A DNA stretch of 64,000 nucleotides from Pseudobdellovibrionaceae bacterium. Its GTDB lineage: Bacteria; Bdellovibrionota; Bdellovibrionia; Bdellovibrionales; Bdellovibrionaceae. The notes under the pieces are model-generated. The model was not told where the DNA came from. It saw only the letters and a list, made by a program, of their open reading frames with translations, and did no database searches. The stretch is taken from the NCBI GenBank assembly GCA_044229295.1, contig JBGATJ010000007.1:13141-77140 (forward strand), read 5' to 3'. The position numbers and the translations under genes were made by a program. Positions 56,398 to 64,000 of this stretch are shown in pieces (position 1 is the stretch's first letter; each line of letters opens with the position of its first letter).

Positions 56398-57932
56398 CTT
56401 ACTATTACCCACATCTTTTCTGAAGTGTGGGTTTTCATTTCCTAACGTACGTTCTAAAGTCGTTATTTCCAAGGAGGAACGATGGCGAACGTATCAGGGA
56501 ATGATGGGTGCTGGATTGCGGAGGAAATGGCCAACGCTGATTTTGGCGACATTCGGCTCAATAAGCGATTCCACATACTGGCTTCAGAGCTTGCCAATAA
56601 GCCTTCGCAGTCTATAAATCAAGCCAGTTCAGATTGGGCGGCCACCAAAGCCGCATATCGATTTTTTGATAATCCAAAAGTTGAAGCAACACAAATTCTT
56701 GAGCCTCATTTTTAAAATACGCAGTTGCGCTCAAAAGGACAACAGCGGCTAATTGTCGTGCAGGATACAAGCGTCATTGATTTCACAAAACACATAAAAA
56801 CTGAAGGCCTTGAACGGACCTCTAAGAATTCAAATGGATATGAAGCCAAAGGACTTCTTTGCATGTTCGTTAGCCCTATCGGAAAAAGGACTTCCTCTAG
56901 GTCTCTTATCTCATAAGTGTGGCTGCGGCCTCGCAGGGAAGTCATCGACGCCAATGCTATAAGTCGATTGCCCAGAGAAGAAAAGAGAGTTTTAAGTGGT
57001 TTGAGGGGATGAGAAAACCTTACTGAATACACCCGATCATGAGGTGATATTAGTCTGTGATCGGGAAGCAGATATTTATGAGTTGCTTGAGGAAAGTATG
57101 ACTTGCGGAATGGACTTGTGGTTCGCGTTCGTTTACCTAGAATGCTTGATGATGAGGAGTTTGGTGACATCAATGTTTTTGATCGAATTGCCTTAGCGCC
57201 AGTTCAATCTTCCATAACTATTGATATTCCAGGGCTGGGTGGCAACAGACCGGCAAGATCTGCAAATTTGCAGGCAAAGTTTTTCCCTGTTACGTATGCA
57301 GCTCACCCAAGAGGAATTAAAACAAAGCAGGTAGCAAATCGTTCCCACTTAGAACTGAACATTGTACATTTATTTGAAAACAATCCTCCACAGGAAGAAA
57401 CCGCCGTTCACTGGACACTAGTTACAACATTGGAGTCGAAAAATATCAGTCAGCTCTCGAAGTGGTGAGGTATTACAAGATGCGTTGGCAAATCGAACTT
57501 TATTTTAAGAGTTTAAAAACGGGTTGCGGGGTGGAAAACTGTCGATTGGGAAGTGTCGAAAATTAATCCGATACATTTCGCTTCAGTCCGTAATTGCTTG
57601 AGAGTTCTATGGATGACGTTTCTAAACAGAACTGAGCCTGAACTTACTTGTGAGGCCTTCTTGACTCAAGATGAGTGGAAAACATTATGGCTCAAGAAGC
57701 ATCGACGCCAAATTAAATCTGGTCAAATGAGCGCCGACCCGACCCCAAAAGCCACCGTCTACAAAAGAAGCCATTCGATGGATCGCCATGCAGGGTGGAT
57801 TTTTAGGGACGTAAAGGAGATGGAGAGCTCCGGCCAAATTACTCTTGGCGAGGGCGGGCTTGAACTCGCCTGCTTTCGTTGAAATTTATGAATTAATGAA
57901 ATGAAACATCAAAAGATGTGGGTAATAGTAAG
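56398..57932 (+). mobile_element. IS4-family (IS50/Tn5-like) insertion sequence, non-autonomous
   Basis: Perfect 22-bp terminal inverted repeats CTTACTATTACCCACATCTTTT (56398-56419 / 57911-57932). Flanked by the 9-bp direct repeat GATCAAACC (56389-56397 / 57933-57941). Confidence 0.87.
56482..57882 (+). pseudogene. Tn5-like (IS4 family) transposase with multiple nonsense and frameshift lesions
   Basis: N-terminal W..EE..NADFGDIRLNKR...ATKAAYRFFDN. In-frame TAA at 56713. VVQDTSVIDF (DDE). YYKMRWQIELYFKSLKTG (YREK) is in another frame. The C-terminus is again shifted. Confidence 0.8.
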
Positions 57933-58668
57933 GATCAAACCCTGTCTTTTTTAACTCCCCTTGGCCGACAATCGCACCCCTTTTCCCCTTGAACGTCTCA
58001 TGCTGTGCCTCTGGGAAGTGGGCTTTGACATCTATCGGATAGTGCGGATTCTGATCGGACTGAATCAAAGCCTGAGAGTGAATAAAGGCTTTCATTCCCT
58101 CAAAGAGTTTTTTACGAGCCTTGGGCCTTTCATCTGGCCGCTTTCCGTACTTTTTGTGTGAAATTGCGGCAAGCTTCCCTTTGGCCGGCATCACCGACAC
58201 CTCAATGCCCAGAATCCGACGCTTTTCCTTGTCAACCGCAAGGGTGATTGACAGCGGCTTACACTTGGTGTGCTCATGAGTGTCCATCTCATCAAACTGG
58301 AACTGAGTGACGGCGGTGTCCGGAGGTGAGGTTACAAATCTCAGTGCGGCCTGGGCCGAGAGGAATAGAAACTTTCTCACCACGGTCTTTCGATTGAGCT
58401 TTAAGATAAGCGCAGTTCTTCGAAGGGACACGCAGGAGCACAGAAGGTTTCTGACATGGGAGTTAAGATGTCTTTTTTTCTGTCTGTAGCAGGGCTGCCA
58501 GGTGGCGTGTGAAAAGCCTTTTGAACATCGCTGACAGTGAAATCGTTGAATCCATTGAGAGTCAGACTTTCGGTAAAAGCGTCCGGTGCGAACGACGGTC
58601 GGACGCTGTGGTCGGGATTCGGATGTGATCTTGCAGTGAGGGCAAATAGGAGTCATGCTCAGGGGCAC
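57933..58668 (-). pseudogene. 5' portion of the IS1-like transposase
   Basis: Zinc-finger CPHC...CQRC, HTH-like region, FDEMDTHEH (DDE). The ORF-track tail YYYPHLLMFHFINS* is read-through into the nested IS. Confidence 0.7.
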
Positions 58669-58808
58669 AGAGCAATTACCGGGCCCTGTTTCCCATCAAC
58701 AATCAGGGGGGTCGGTTCCTAAATGTTTACGAATAGCGACGATAACTAAAAAACTTCTGGTGGATTTGCTCTTTCTGTCTCGCCTAAGGTGGCTCAAAAG
58801 GAGGCCTC

Positions 58809-59702
58809 TTGGCACTACAAAAGCAAACACCAGATCGCAATCGCAAACCCCGACCACCTTTTCCAAAACAACATCAATCCAAGCCGGGGCTTGAGTCTAA
58901 AATCAGACCTCGGCCGAAGTTTGAAGCTCCCCTTTACAAAGCTGCTGGAAAACTGAAGGGCCAGGTGGCACTGATTACCGGAGGAGATTCTGGAATTGGC
59001 CGGGCCGTTGCTGTTCTTTACGCGCGGGAAGGCTGTGACGTTGTGATCACTTGTTTGCCGAAAGAAATGTCGGACGCAAAAGAGACAAGTCGATTCGTTG
59101 AAAAAGAAAATCAACGCTGCTTGATCATTAAAGGCGATCTCACCAATGAGAGGTTTTGCAAACGCGCCGTCAATGAGACGGTCCGAAAATTTGGCCAATT
59201 GAATATTCTCGTGAGCAATGCGGCTCATCAAAATCGCAAGGAGTCGTTGGATGAAATCACAACCCATGAGTTTGACGTTACATTTAAGACGAATGTCTAC
59301 GCTTATTTTCATCTTGTAAAAGCCGCCGTCCCCCATATGAAACCCGGCTCGGCTATCATCGTTACAAGCTCAGAAACCGCATTTTTAGGACCTAAGGAGC
59401 TTGCCGACTATTCTGCAACTAAAGGTGCTATCAACACTCTCACTAAATCGTTATCGCAGATGTTAGTTGACCAGGGCATTCGAGTTAATGCTGTTGCACC
59501 GGGCCCTGTGTGGACACCTTTAAATCCCTCTGATCAAGGCACAACAAGAGCGCGAGTTTCGAAATTTGGATCAAAAACTCCAATGCACAGGCCTGGTCAG
59601 CCCGAAGAAATTGCACCGGCATATGTGTTTCTTGCCAGCGAGGCGGACTCGAGCTTTATTACAGGAATTGTGCTTCCCGCAATGGGTGGGACGCCAGTTT
59701 GA
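58809..59702 (+). CDS. SDR-family oxidoreductase (YhdF/general-stress-protein-39-like)
   Basis: TTG start 5 nt after AGGAGG. TGGDSGIGRA, NAA, YSATKGA motifs. Confidence 0.85.
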   Translation: MALQKQTPDRNRKPRPPFPKQHQSKPGLESKIRPRPKFEAPLYKAAGKLKGQVALITGGDSGIGRAVAVLYAREGCDVVITCLPKEMSDAKETSRFVEKENQRCLIIKGDLTNERFCKRAVNETVRKFGQLNILVSNAAHQNRKESLDEITTHEFDVTFKTNVYAYFHLVKAAVPHMKPGSAIIVTSSETAFLGPKELADYSATKGAINTLTKSLSQMLVDQGIRVNAVAPGPVWTPLNPSDQGTTRARVSKFGSKTPMHRPGQPEEIAPAYVFLASEADSSFITGIVLPAMGGTPV

Positions 59703-59720
59703 TCCTGGCATGGCCCATGC

Positions 59721-60638
59721 ATGTTAGAGAGCATGCAGATGCTATTGAAAATACTCAGTTTTTTTGTAGTATATGGGGTCGTTCAAGGGGCCCCAAAGCT
59801 GAGGGAGCCAGCCTTTTTTGCCCAGGCCATTCGGCGTGACCCCATCGCCATAGAAAAAAAGCGATTTGTTCAGTTGAAAACTCATTATGATGAAAGCGCC
59901 GTTGAAAACTGTACGGCGTTTCCTGTAGCCAATCGTGGGGGCCATTTTTACTTCGCCTCGGCAAGGCATTGTGCTTCCTATGCGTTTACGAGTTTGTGTC
60001 GTGAGCAAAAAATTGAGCTCACGACTTTAGCTCATGGTTACCGCGGAATTTGTATCCAAACCATCTTTGATCCCGAGGACCACGATTTTGTTATTTTCGA
60101 AGCCCAGTTCCCTTCGGTTCCAGCGAATTCTATTCGCGAAGAACTCCTTCCTGCGCGGTTGAGCGGCCGATGGATGTTTGAAGATCCCCTTGTCATGTAT
60201 GGCTTTCCGAGTGACCCAGAAAGAAATAGGCAAGCCACGACAACGAACAACTGTTGGGTTTTAGATCCTGCAAAAACCCGTGGAAGAGACGTTCAGTTCT
60301 TAGATTCTAAAGAGCGTAGCGAGATAACTCGGTTCTTTCAGGACAGAGATGATACCAAAGACGCCTACCTTCGCGGGATTTTTCAGAGAGCTGCTGCGCT
60401 CTCTCAGTTTCTGACTGACACCTATGGAGAGTACAACTGCTCAGTTTATTCTGGTAATAGTGGCGGTCCGATTTTTAAAGAGCGTACCGATGAAGTGATT
60501 GGTCTTCCCGCGAAATATCTCCCAAATGTGTATCGGTATTTCCCGCAGACCTTGTACACGACCTTTGTTTCCTTAAGCCCCATTCTTCTTCAATACCACG
60601 AGGTTTTTGAAACCTTGGGAATTATTACCGTTCTTTAA
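59721..60638 (+). CDS. Secreted trypsin-like serine protease
   Basis: Signal peptide. His SARHC, Asp HDFVIFEA, Ser SGNSGGPIF. Confidence 0.75.
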   Translation: MLESMQMLLKILSFFVVYGVVQGAPKLREPAFFAQAIRRDPIAIEKKRFVQLKTHYDESAVENCTAFPVANRGGHFYFASARHCASYAFTSLCREQKIELTTLAHGYRGICIQTIFDPEDHDFVIFEAQFPSVPANSIREELLPARLSGRWMFEDPLVMYGFPSDPERNRQATTTNNCWVLDPAKTRGRDVQFLDSKERSEITRFFQDRDDTKDAYLRGIFQRAAALSQFLTDTYGEYNCSVYSGNSGGPIFKERTDEVIGLPAKYLPNVYRYFPQTLYTTFVSLSPILLQYHEVFETLGIITVL

Positions 60639-61441
60639 ATCCAAAACCAATCGATGTTAAGGCAGGCGATTTCTTCTGGAGGAGAGTCCTTTACTGTTTT
60701 GTTCGCGCTTTTTAAAAAGTCGGCGAGGACCTCTCGAAGGGTTTCAAAATCCTTTCGCGAGATTGAGAACTGTCCCGAATACATCAATTCTTGTTGGGTC
60801 ACTGTTTCGGTTTTTTGCATGGCCTTGAGGCGCCAGTTCGTGTGGTGTTTGATAGAGTGTGGAGACTCCTGAGACACCCAAGTGCTTTGGGTTCCCATGA
60901 GGTAACGCGATTTTTTTTCAACAACGAGTTTAGATTGGATGAGAAATTGGATGATTTCTACAGCTCTCGCTCTGGAGATCGAAAAGCGGGTGGAGATATC
61001 CTCTAGGCTCACACCTTCTTTTTTTATCGATGAAAAAAGGTGAATCGCGGAATAAATCCAGCTTGAATAAAAAACCGCGCGGTCCTCATCGGAAAGAACA
61101 CGATCGTGGGAAACTCTATGAGCAAGTTTGAGAGCCTCAGATTTCAGACGAGCTAGCTTTTTCTCCAAGTGGCCTCTGAGGTTTTCGCTGCCGGCGCGCT
61201 CTTTTCTGACGAGAAGGTCGAAATACTCAGTTTCAAGAAGACCATGTCCTAAATAGGTGCTCAGCTCGAAAGTCTGCTCTTCGCTGGGGTTTCTTAATCC
61301 CGCTAGCACCTGGCTCAGCATTGTGCTATTCACCCTCAAGTGTGTCGCTATGCGGGTGAGTTCTCCACGGCCTCCGTTTGGCAGGTGTTGGATGTAGTGG
61401 CGCAGGTATTTGCGGTAGTCCGAAAACTGAAAAAGGCTCAT
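60635..61441 (-). CDS. TIGR02147-like HTH protein (paralog 1)
   Basis: N-terminal YRKYLRHYIQHLPNGGRGELTRIATHLRVNSTMLSQVL, FYSSWIYSA, HHTNWRLKA, C-terminal NIDWF. About 40 percent identical by eye to 63112..63915. Confidence 0.65.
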   Translation of the reverse strand: MSLFQFSDYRKYLRHYIQHLPNGGRGELTRIATHLRVNSTMLSQVLAGLRNPSEEQTFELSTYLGHGLLETEYFDLLVRKERAGSENLRGHLEKKLARLKSEALKLAHRVSHDRVLSDEDRAVFYSSWIYSAIHLFSSIKKEGVSLEDISTRFSISRARAVEIIQFLIQSKLVVEKKSRYLMGTQSTWVSQESPHSIKHHTNWRLKAMQKTETVTQQELMYSGQFSISRKDFETLREVLADFLKSANKTVKDSPPEEIACLNIDWFWI

Positions 61442-61556
61442 GGGAGCTTATAGTTTGTTGTTTACAAAAATGTAAGAGAAAAGCCGCCTTTTTTATAAAC
61501 AAAACCTGGACCGGCGATTTTTGGTCTTTTATAGCTAGGACCGCAAGGAGAAACCG

Positions 61557-62546
61557 ATGTTATCAAGGTTGAGATCCCTACTGACGAGCTTTCTCGTAAC
61601 AATTCCGATGACGGCTTTTGCTGGCGGTGCCAACGGCGGAGGTGGAGACGCTCTTCGTTGCGTGAATCCGTCTTCGCTCAGTCCTTTTTCTGGTTACTAC
61701 AGCCTTGATTATTTAGCGACCTATAAAAAAGCCAATGCGAACAGCGATATCATTAACATTTCAAGTTGGGCTGATTCTGCAGACAGGATCAGAAAAAATC
61801 TGCGACGGCTCAACCAGTTTACTTTTTTAGCCTCCTTTGAACGTTTTTATAGAAACATACTCAATGATTCAGATTTTTCATCTGGGATTTTGTGGAAAGA
61901 ATCGGGGTATGGACTTCACCTCATCGATGATCAGGAACTTCTTAATAAGATTCCTGCAAACTGCCTGAATGGTGCTAAAAATGAGCTTCTCCAAGCCGTT
62001 TACTGGCAAGACTATAACGGCCTTCGCGTTTACTCTTACGATTTTGATATTCTTGGCGAGCTTGAAAAGACGTCGGCGCTGCAAATTTCATTTCTGTATA
62101 TTCACGAGTGGTTGTGGATTCACTTCTCGGAGCCTGAACAGATTCGCATTTTAAATCGGCTCATTCACTCTGCTAAGTTCGACTCGATCTCTGAAGTCGA
62201 GTTCAATTCGTTAGTTAATGCTTTTGATCCGACTTATCCTGCATTTTTACAGCAGGGGATTTACGAGTCGTCAGACGGCATGCGAATCAATTTTAGTTTG
62301 AATCTTGGAACTCTCAAGCGGCTCGAAAATCTCTTTAGTATCTACAAAGTGAATGTTTCCTATCAATTTCGTTGTGAGTTTAACTCGGATCTTGTCCAAA
62401 TCTGCAGATCTCCATATCTTCCGGGCACGTATCAGGGCCTTGAGAACTCTCCTGATTCGGTGGTGATTCGAATTCTTGACTTTAACAGTTTGAGTGTTGA
62501 AGGTAATAACTCCGTTGGAAAAGTATTTAGATTTATCAGAGATTAA
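61557..62546 (+). CDS. Exported hypothetical protein (329 aa)
   Basis: Signal peptide ..IPMTAFAGGANGGGG. No recognised family. Divergent from TIGR02147 paralog 1. Confidence 0.45.
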   Translation: MLSRLRSLLTSFLVTIPMTAFAGGANGGGGDALRCVNPSSLSPFSGYYSLDYLATYKKANANSDIINISSWADSADRIRKNLRRLNQFTFLASFERFYRNILNDSDFSSGILWKESGYGLHLIDDQELLNKIPANCLNGAKNELLQAVYWQDYNGLRVYSYDFDILGELEKTSALQISFLYIHEWLWIHFSEPEQIRILNRLIHSAKFDSISEVEFNSLVNAFDPTYPAFLQQGIYESSDGMRINFSLNLGTLKRLENLFSIYKVNVSYQFRCEFNSDLVQICRSPYLPGTYQGLENSPDSVVIRILDFNSLSVEGNNSVGKVFRFIRD

Positions 62547-62559
62547 TAAGGAGAAAACC

Positions 62560-63123
62560 ATGTCGTCTTTCAGAATATTTCTTGGAGTTTTAGTTTCTAT
62601 TTTAGCTGGCTGTGCATCTCCAACGTACAAGGATTTTAAGACTGAGAAAGTGAAACCTACCGAAGGCATAGCTATTGGCACAGTTAAAATCCGCTACAAT
62701 GGTAAAGACATGAGCAAAGGCTGCGCCGTTTGCTTGACTTCAGTGAATGGCCCTTGCCAGAGTCTTGCTGAAAACGGCCTCGTATTTTTGAGTGCGCCAA
62801 AAGGCGAATCTTCTTTACGCAGGATTGTTTGCAGCGATGTCTCGGCTCAACATTACAACATACAAAATGTGAATTTCACGATCCACGACGGAGTTACCTA
62901 TTTTGGGAACGTTGATATCGACTGGGCTAACGCTGGGGGGTTTAAGTCCTCTGACATGTTCGGAGCTATTGGCGCCATTGTCTCAGAGTCCAAAAATGAC
63001 GGAACCATCAAAGTGCGTGTCAGCGATCGGAATATGAAGGACGTCGTAGAGGCCTACGAACAACAGACGGGTCAAAAAACAAAACCGGTAAAAAACCTTC
63101 TTGTGGTGCCTTCAAAGCTCTAG
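62560..63123 (+). CDS. Putative lipoprotein
   Basis: MSSFRIFLGVLVSILAGC lipobox behind GGAGAA. No recognised family. Confidence 0.5.
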   Translation: MSSFRIFLGVLVSILAGCASPTYKDFKTEKVKPTEGIAIGTVKIRYNGKDMSKGCAVCLTSVNGPCQSLAENGLVFLSAPKGESSLRRIVCSDVSAQHYNIQNVNFTIHDGVTYFGNVDIDWANAGGFKSSDMFGAIGAIVSESKNDGTIKVRVSDRNMKDVVEAYEQQTGQKTKPVKNLLVVPSKL

Positions 63124-63915
63124 CCAATCGATATTGAAGCAATAAAAACTCTCAGGATCTGTGTCTTTGACCGTGCCCCCGAGTTCGCTAATAAGTTTAA
63201 CAAGCTTTTGGCGGAAGGCCGCCGCGTCCTTTTGAGAAATCGACAGCGGCGCCGTATAGACAAGTTCATGGCTTGAAATCACATCAAAGTTTTCTATAGC
63301 CTTGAGTCTCCAGTTGGTGTGATGGCGGGCAATCAACGGAGATGTTGATTCCAGATGTGTGCGTTGGTGACCAGGTTTGAATTTTCCGCGCTCACTGATG
63401 CAGAGATTTCGAGACACAAGAAATTCCATGGCATTGCTGACCATGGCCTTGGGCAAGTCTAAGTGCTTTGCAAGGTCCTCAATGTTCTGATGGGAGTTGA
63501 GCGACGTGAGCACGCGAAGAGCGCTGTAAATCCAAGAAGAGTAAAAAATGCTTTTATCTACATCACTGAGTTGGGTGTCTTTCGCGAGATGGTGAGAAAG
63601 CTCGAGGCCTTCCTCGCGTTTCCGTTTGAGTTGCTTTTTCAAGTGAGACTTAAGTTTGTCTGTGGCCGCACGGTCAAGCTGAACCAGAAGCAAAAAGTAT
63701 TCGGTTTCGAGCTCTGAGAGGCCAAGGTAATCAGCTAAAGCCATAGCTTGATCCATACTCAGCGATTTATTTCCTCGAAAGATCTGACTGACAAGGGTGG
63801 TATGAACGTTCAAAGCAACCGCCATGCGCCTGTACTCGCCGCGTCCTCCATTGGGCCTATGTTCAAGGTGGGCTGCTATAAATGATCTGAAGTCGCGAAA
63901 CTCATAAATTTTCAT
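63112..63915 (-). CDS. TIGR02147-like HTH protein (paralog 2)
   Basis: FRSFIAAHLEHRPNGGRGEYRRMAVALNVHTTLVSQIF, FYSSWIYSA, HHTNWRLKA, NIDWL. Confidence 0.65.
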   Translation of the reverse strand: MKIYEFRDFRSFIAAHLEHRPNGGRGEYRRMAVALNVHTTLVSQIFRGNKSLSMDQAMALADYLGLSELETEYFLLLVQLDRAATDKLKSHLKKQLKRKREEGLELSHHLAKDTQLSDVDKSIFYSSWIYSALRVLTSLNSHQNIEDLAKHLDLPKAMVSNAMEFLVSRNLCISERGKFKPGHQRTHLESTSPLIARHHTNWRLKAIENFDVISSHELVYTAPLSISQKDAAAFRQKLVKLISELGGTVKDTDPESFYCFNIDWLEL

Positions 63916-64000
63916 GGACCTCTATCGGTGCGTATTCCCGAAAAGTTGACAAAAAGTCTTCAAACTCAAAGAACAAAGACCTCAATGTCCTATCTAGGTT

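Larger units (their letters stand above)
56173..58711 (-). mobile_element. IS1-like insertion sequence, itself interrupted by an IS4-family element
   Basis: Imperfect terminal inverted repeats CCCCCTTAATTGTTGATGG (56173-56191) and CCATCAACAATCAGGGGG (58693-58710). Carries a zinc-finger plus DDE transposase split in two. Confidence 0.6.

Noticed and set aside
30125-58711. Calling a discrete integrative element or prophage anchored at tRNA-Arg
   Set aside because: No integrase, excisionase, phage structural genes or repeated tRNA 3' segment were found by eye. Only IS elements and pseudogenes are present, so it is reported as an accessory tract rather than a defined island.
58815-59336. 173-aa minus-strand ORF
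   Set aside because: It is antisense to the SDR oxidoreductase, which has clear cofactor and catalytic motifs.

Overview
Gene-dense 64-kb chromosomal segment. It probably comes from a Bdellovibrio-like predatory bacterium. That is an inference from the many exported proteases and exported hypothetical proteins, the pilin-like genes and two TIGR02147-type regulators. No similarity search was run, so every family call rests on motifs read directly from the ORF translations.

Layout:
- 1-30 kb is mainly housekeeping: 5-FTHF cyclo-ligase (partial), rny, tyrS, a 2Fe-2S ferredoxin, IscA/IscS-like genes, a crtE-crtI-crtB carotenoid cluster, cinA-like, an acyl-CoA dehydrogenase, trmH, queF, a pseudouridine synthase-methyltransferase fusion, and a LemA-TPM-TPM operon.
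- Interspersed in that stretch are an orphan three-gene pseudopilin operon with Cys-rich C-terminal domains and a four-gene CheR/CheB plus two-hybrid-kinase operon that has no MCP, CheA or CheW.
- A tRNA-Arg(UCG) at 30125-30201 overlaps the 3' end of an NYN-domain gene. An accessory-looking tract of exported hypotheticals, hydrolases and decayed gene fragments follows (truncated VOC, HTH and GNAT fragments, a triple-frameshifted HNH endonuclease).
- 45.4-51.2 kb holds the most unusual module: a signal-peptide / double-CxxCH / beta-barrel protein (Cyc2-like cytochrome-porin architecture) divergent from a coupled four-gene operon. That operon encodes two more single-CxxCH exported proteins, a lipoprotein and a Tat-signal protein.
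- 56.2-58.7 kb is a nested insertion: an IS4-family element (perfect 22-bp IRs, 9-bp target duplication, degenerate transposase) inside the transposase gene of an IS1-like element.

Non-coding oddities:
- Two homologous intergenic elements (about 8.7-8.96 kb and 25.58-25.9 kb) are built from a degenerate NNNCAG-periodic arm, an A/T-centred spacer and a (GCTGAT)n hexamer array that abuts the stop codon of a minus-strand gene.
- A roughly 125-bp palindrome has 31-bp perfect arms and includes a protease stop codon.
- A perfect 24-bp palindrome lies at 40216-40239.

No rRNA, CRISPR array or prophage was seen.
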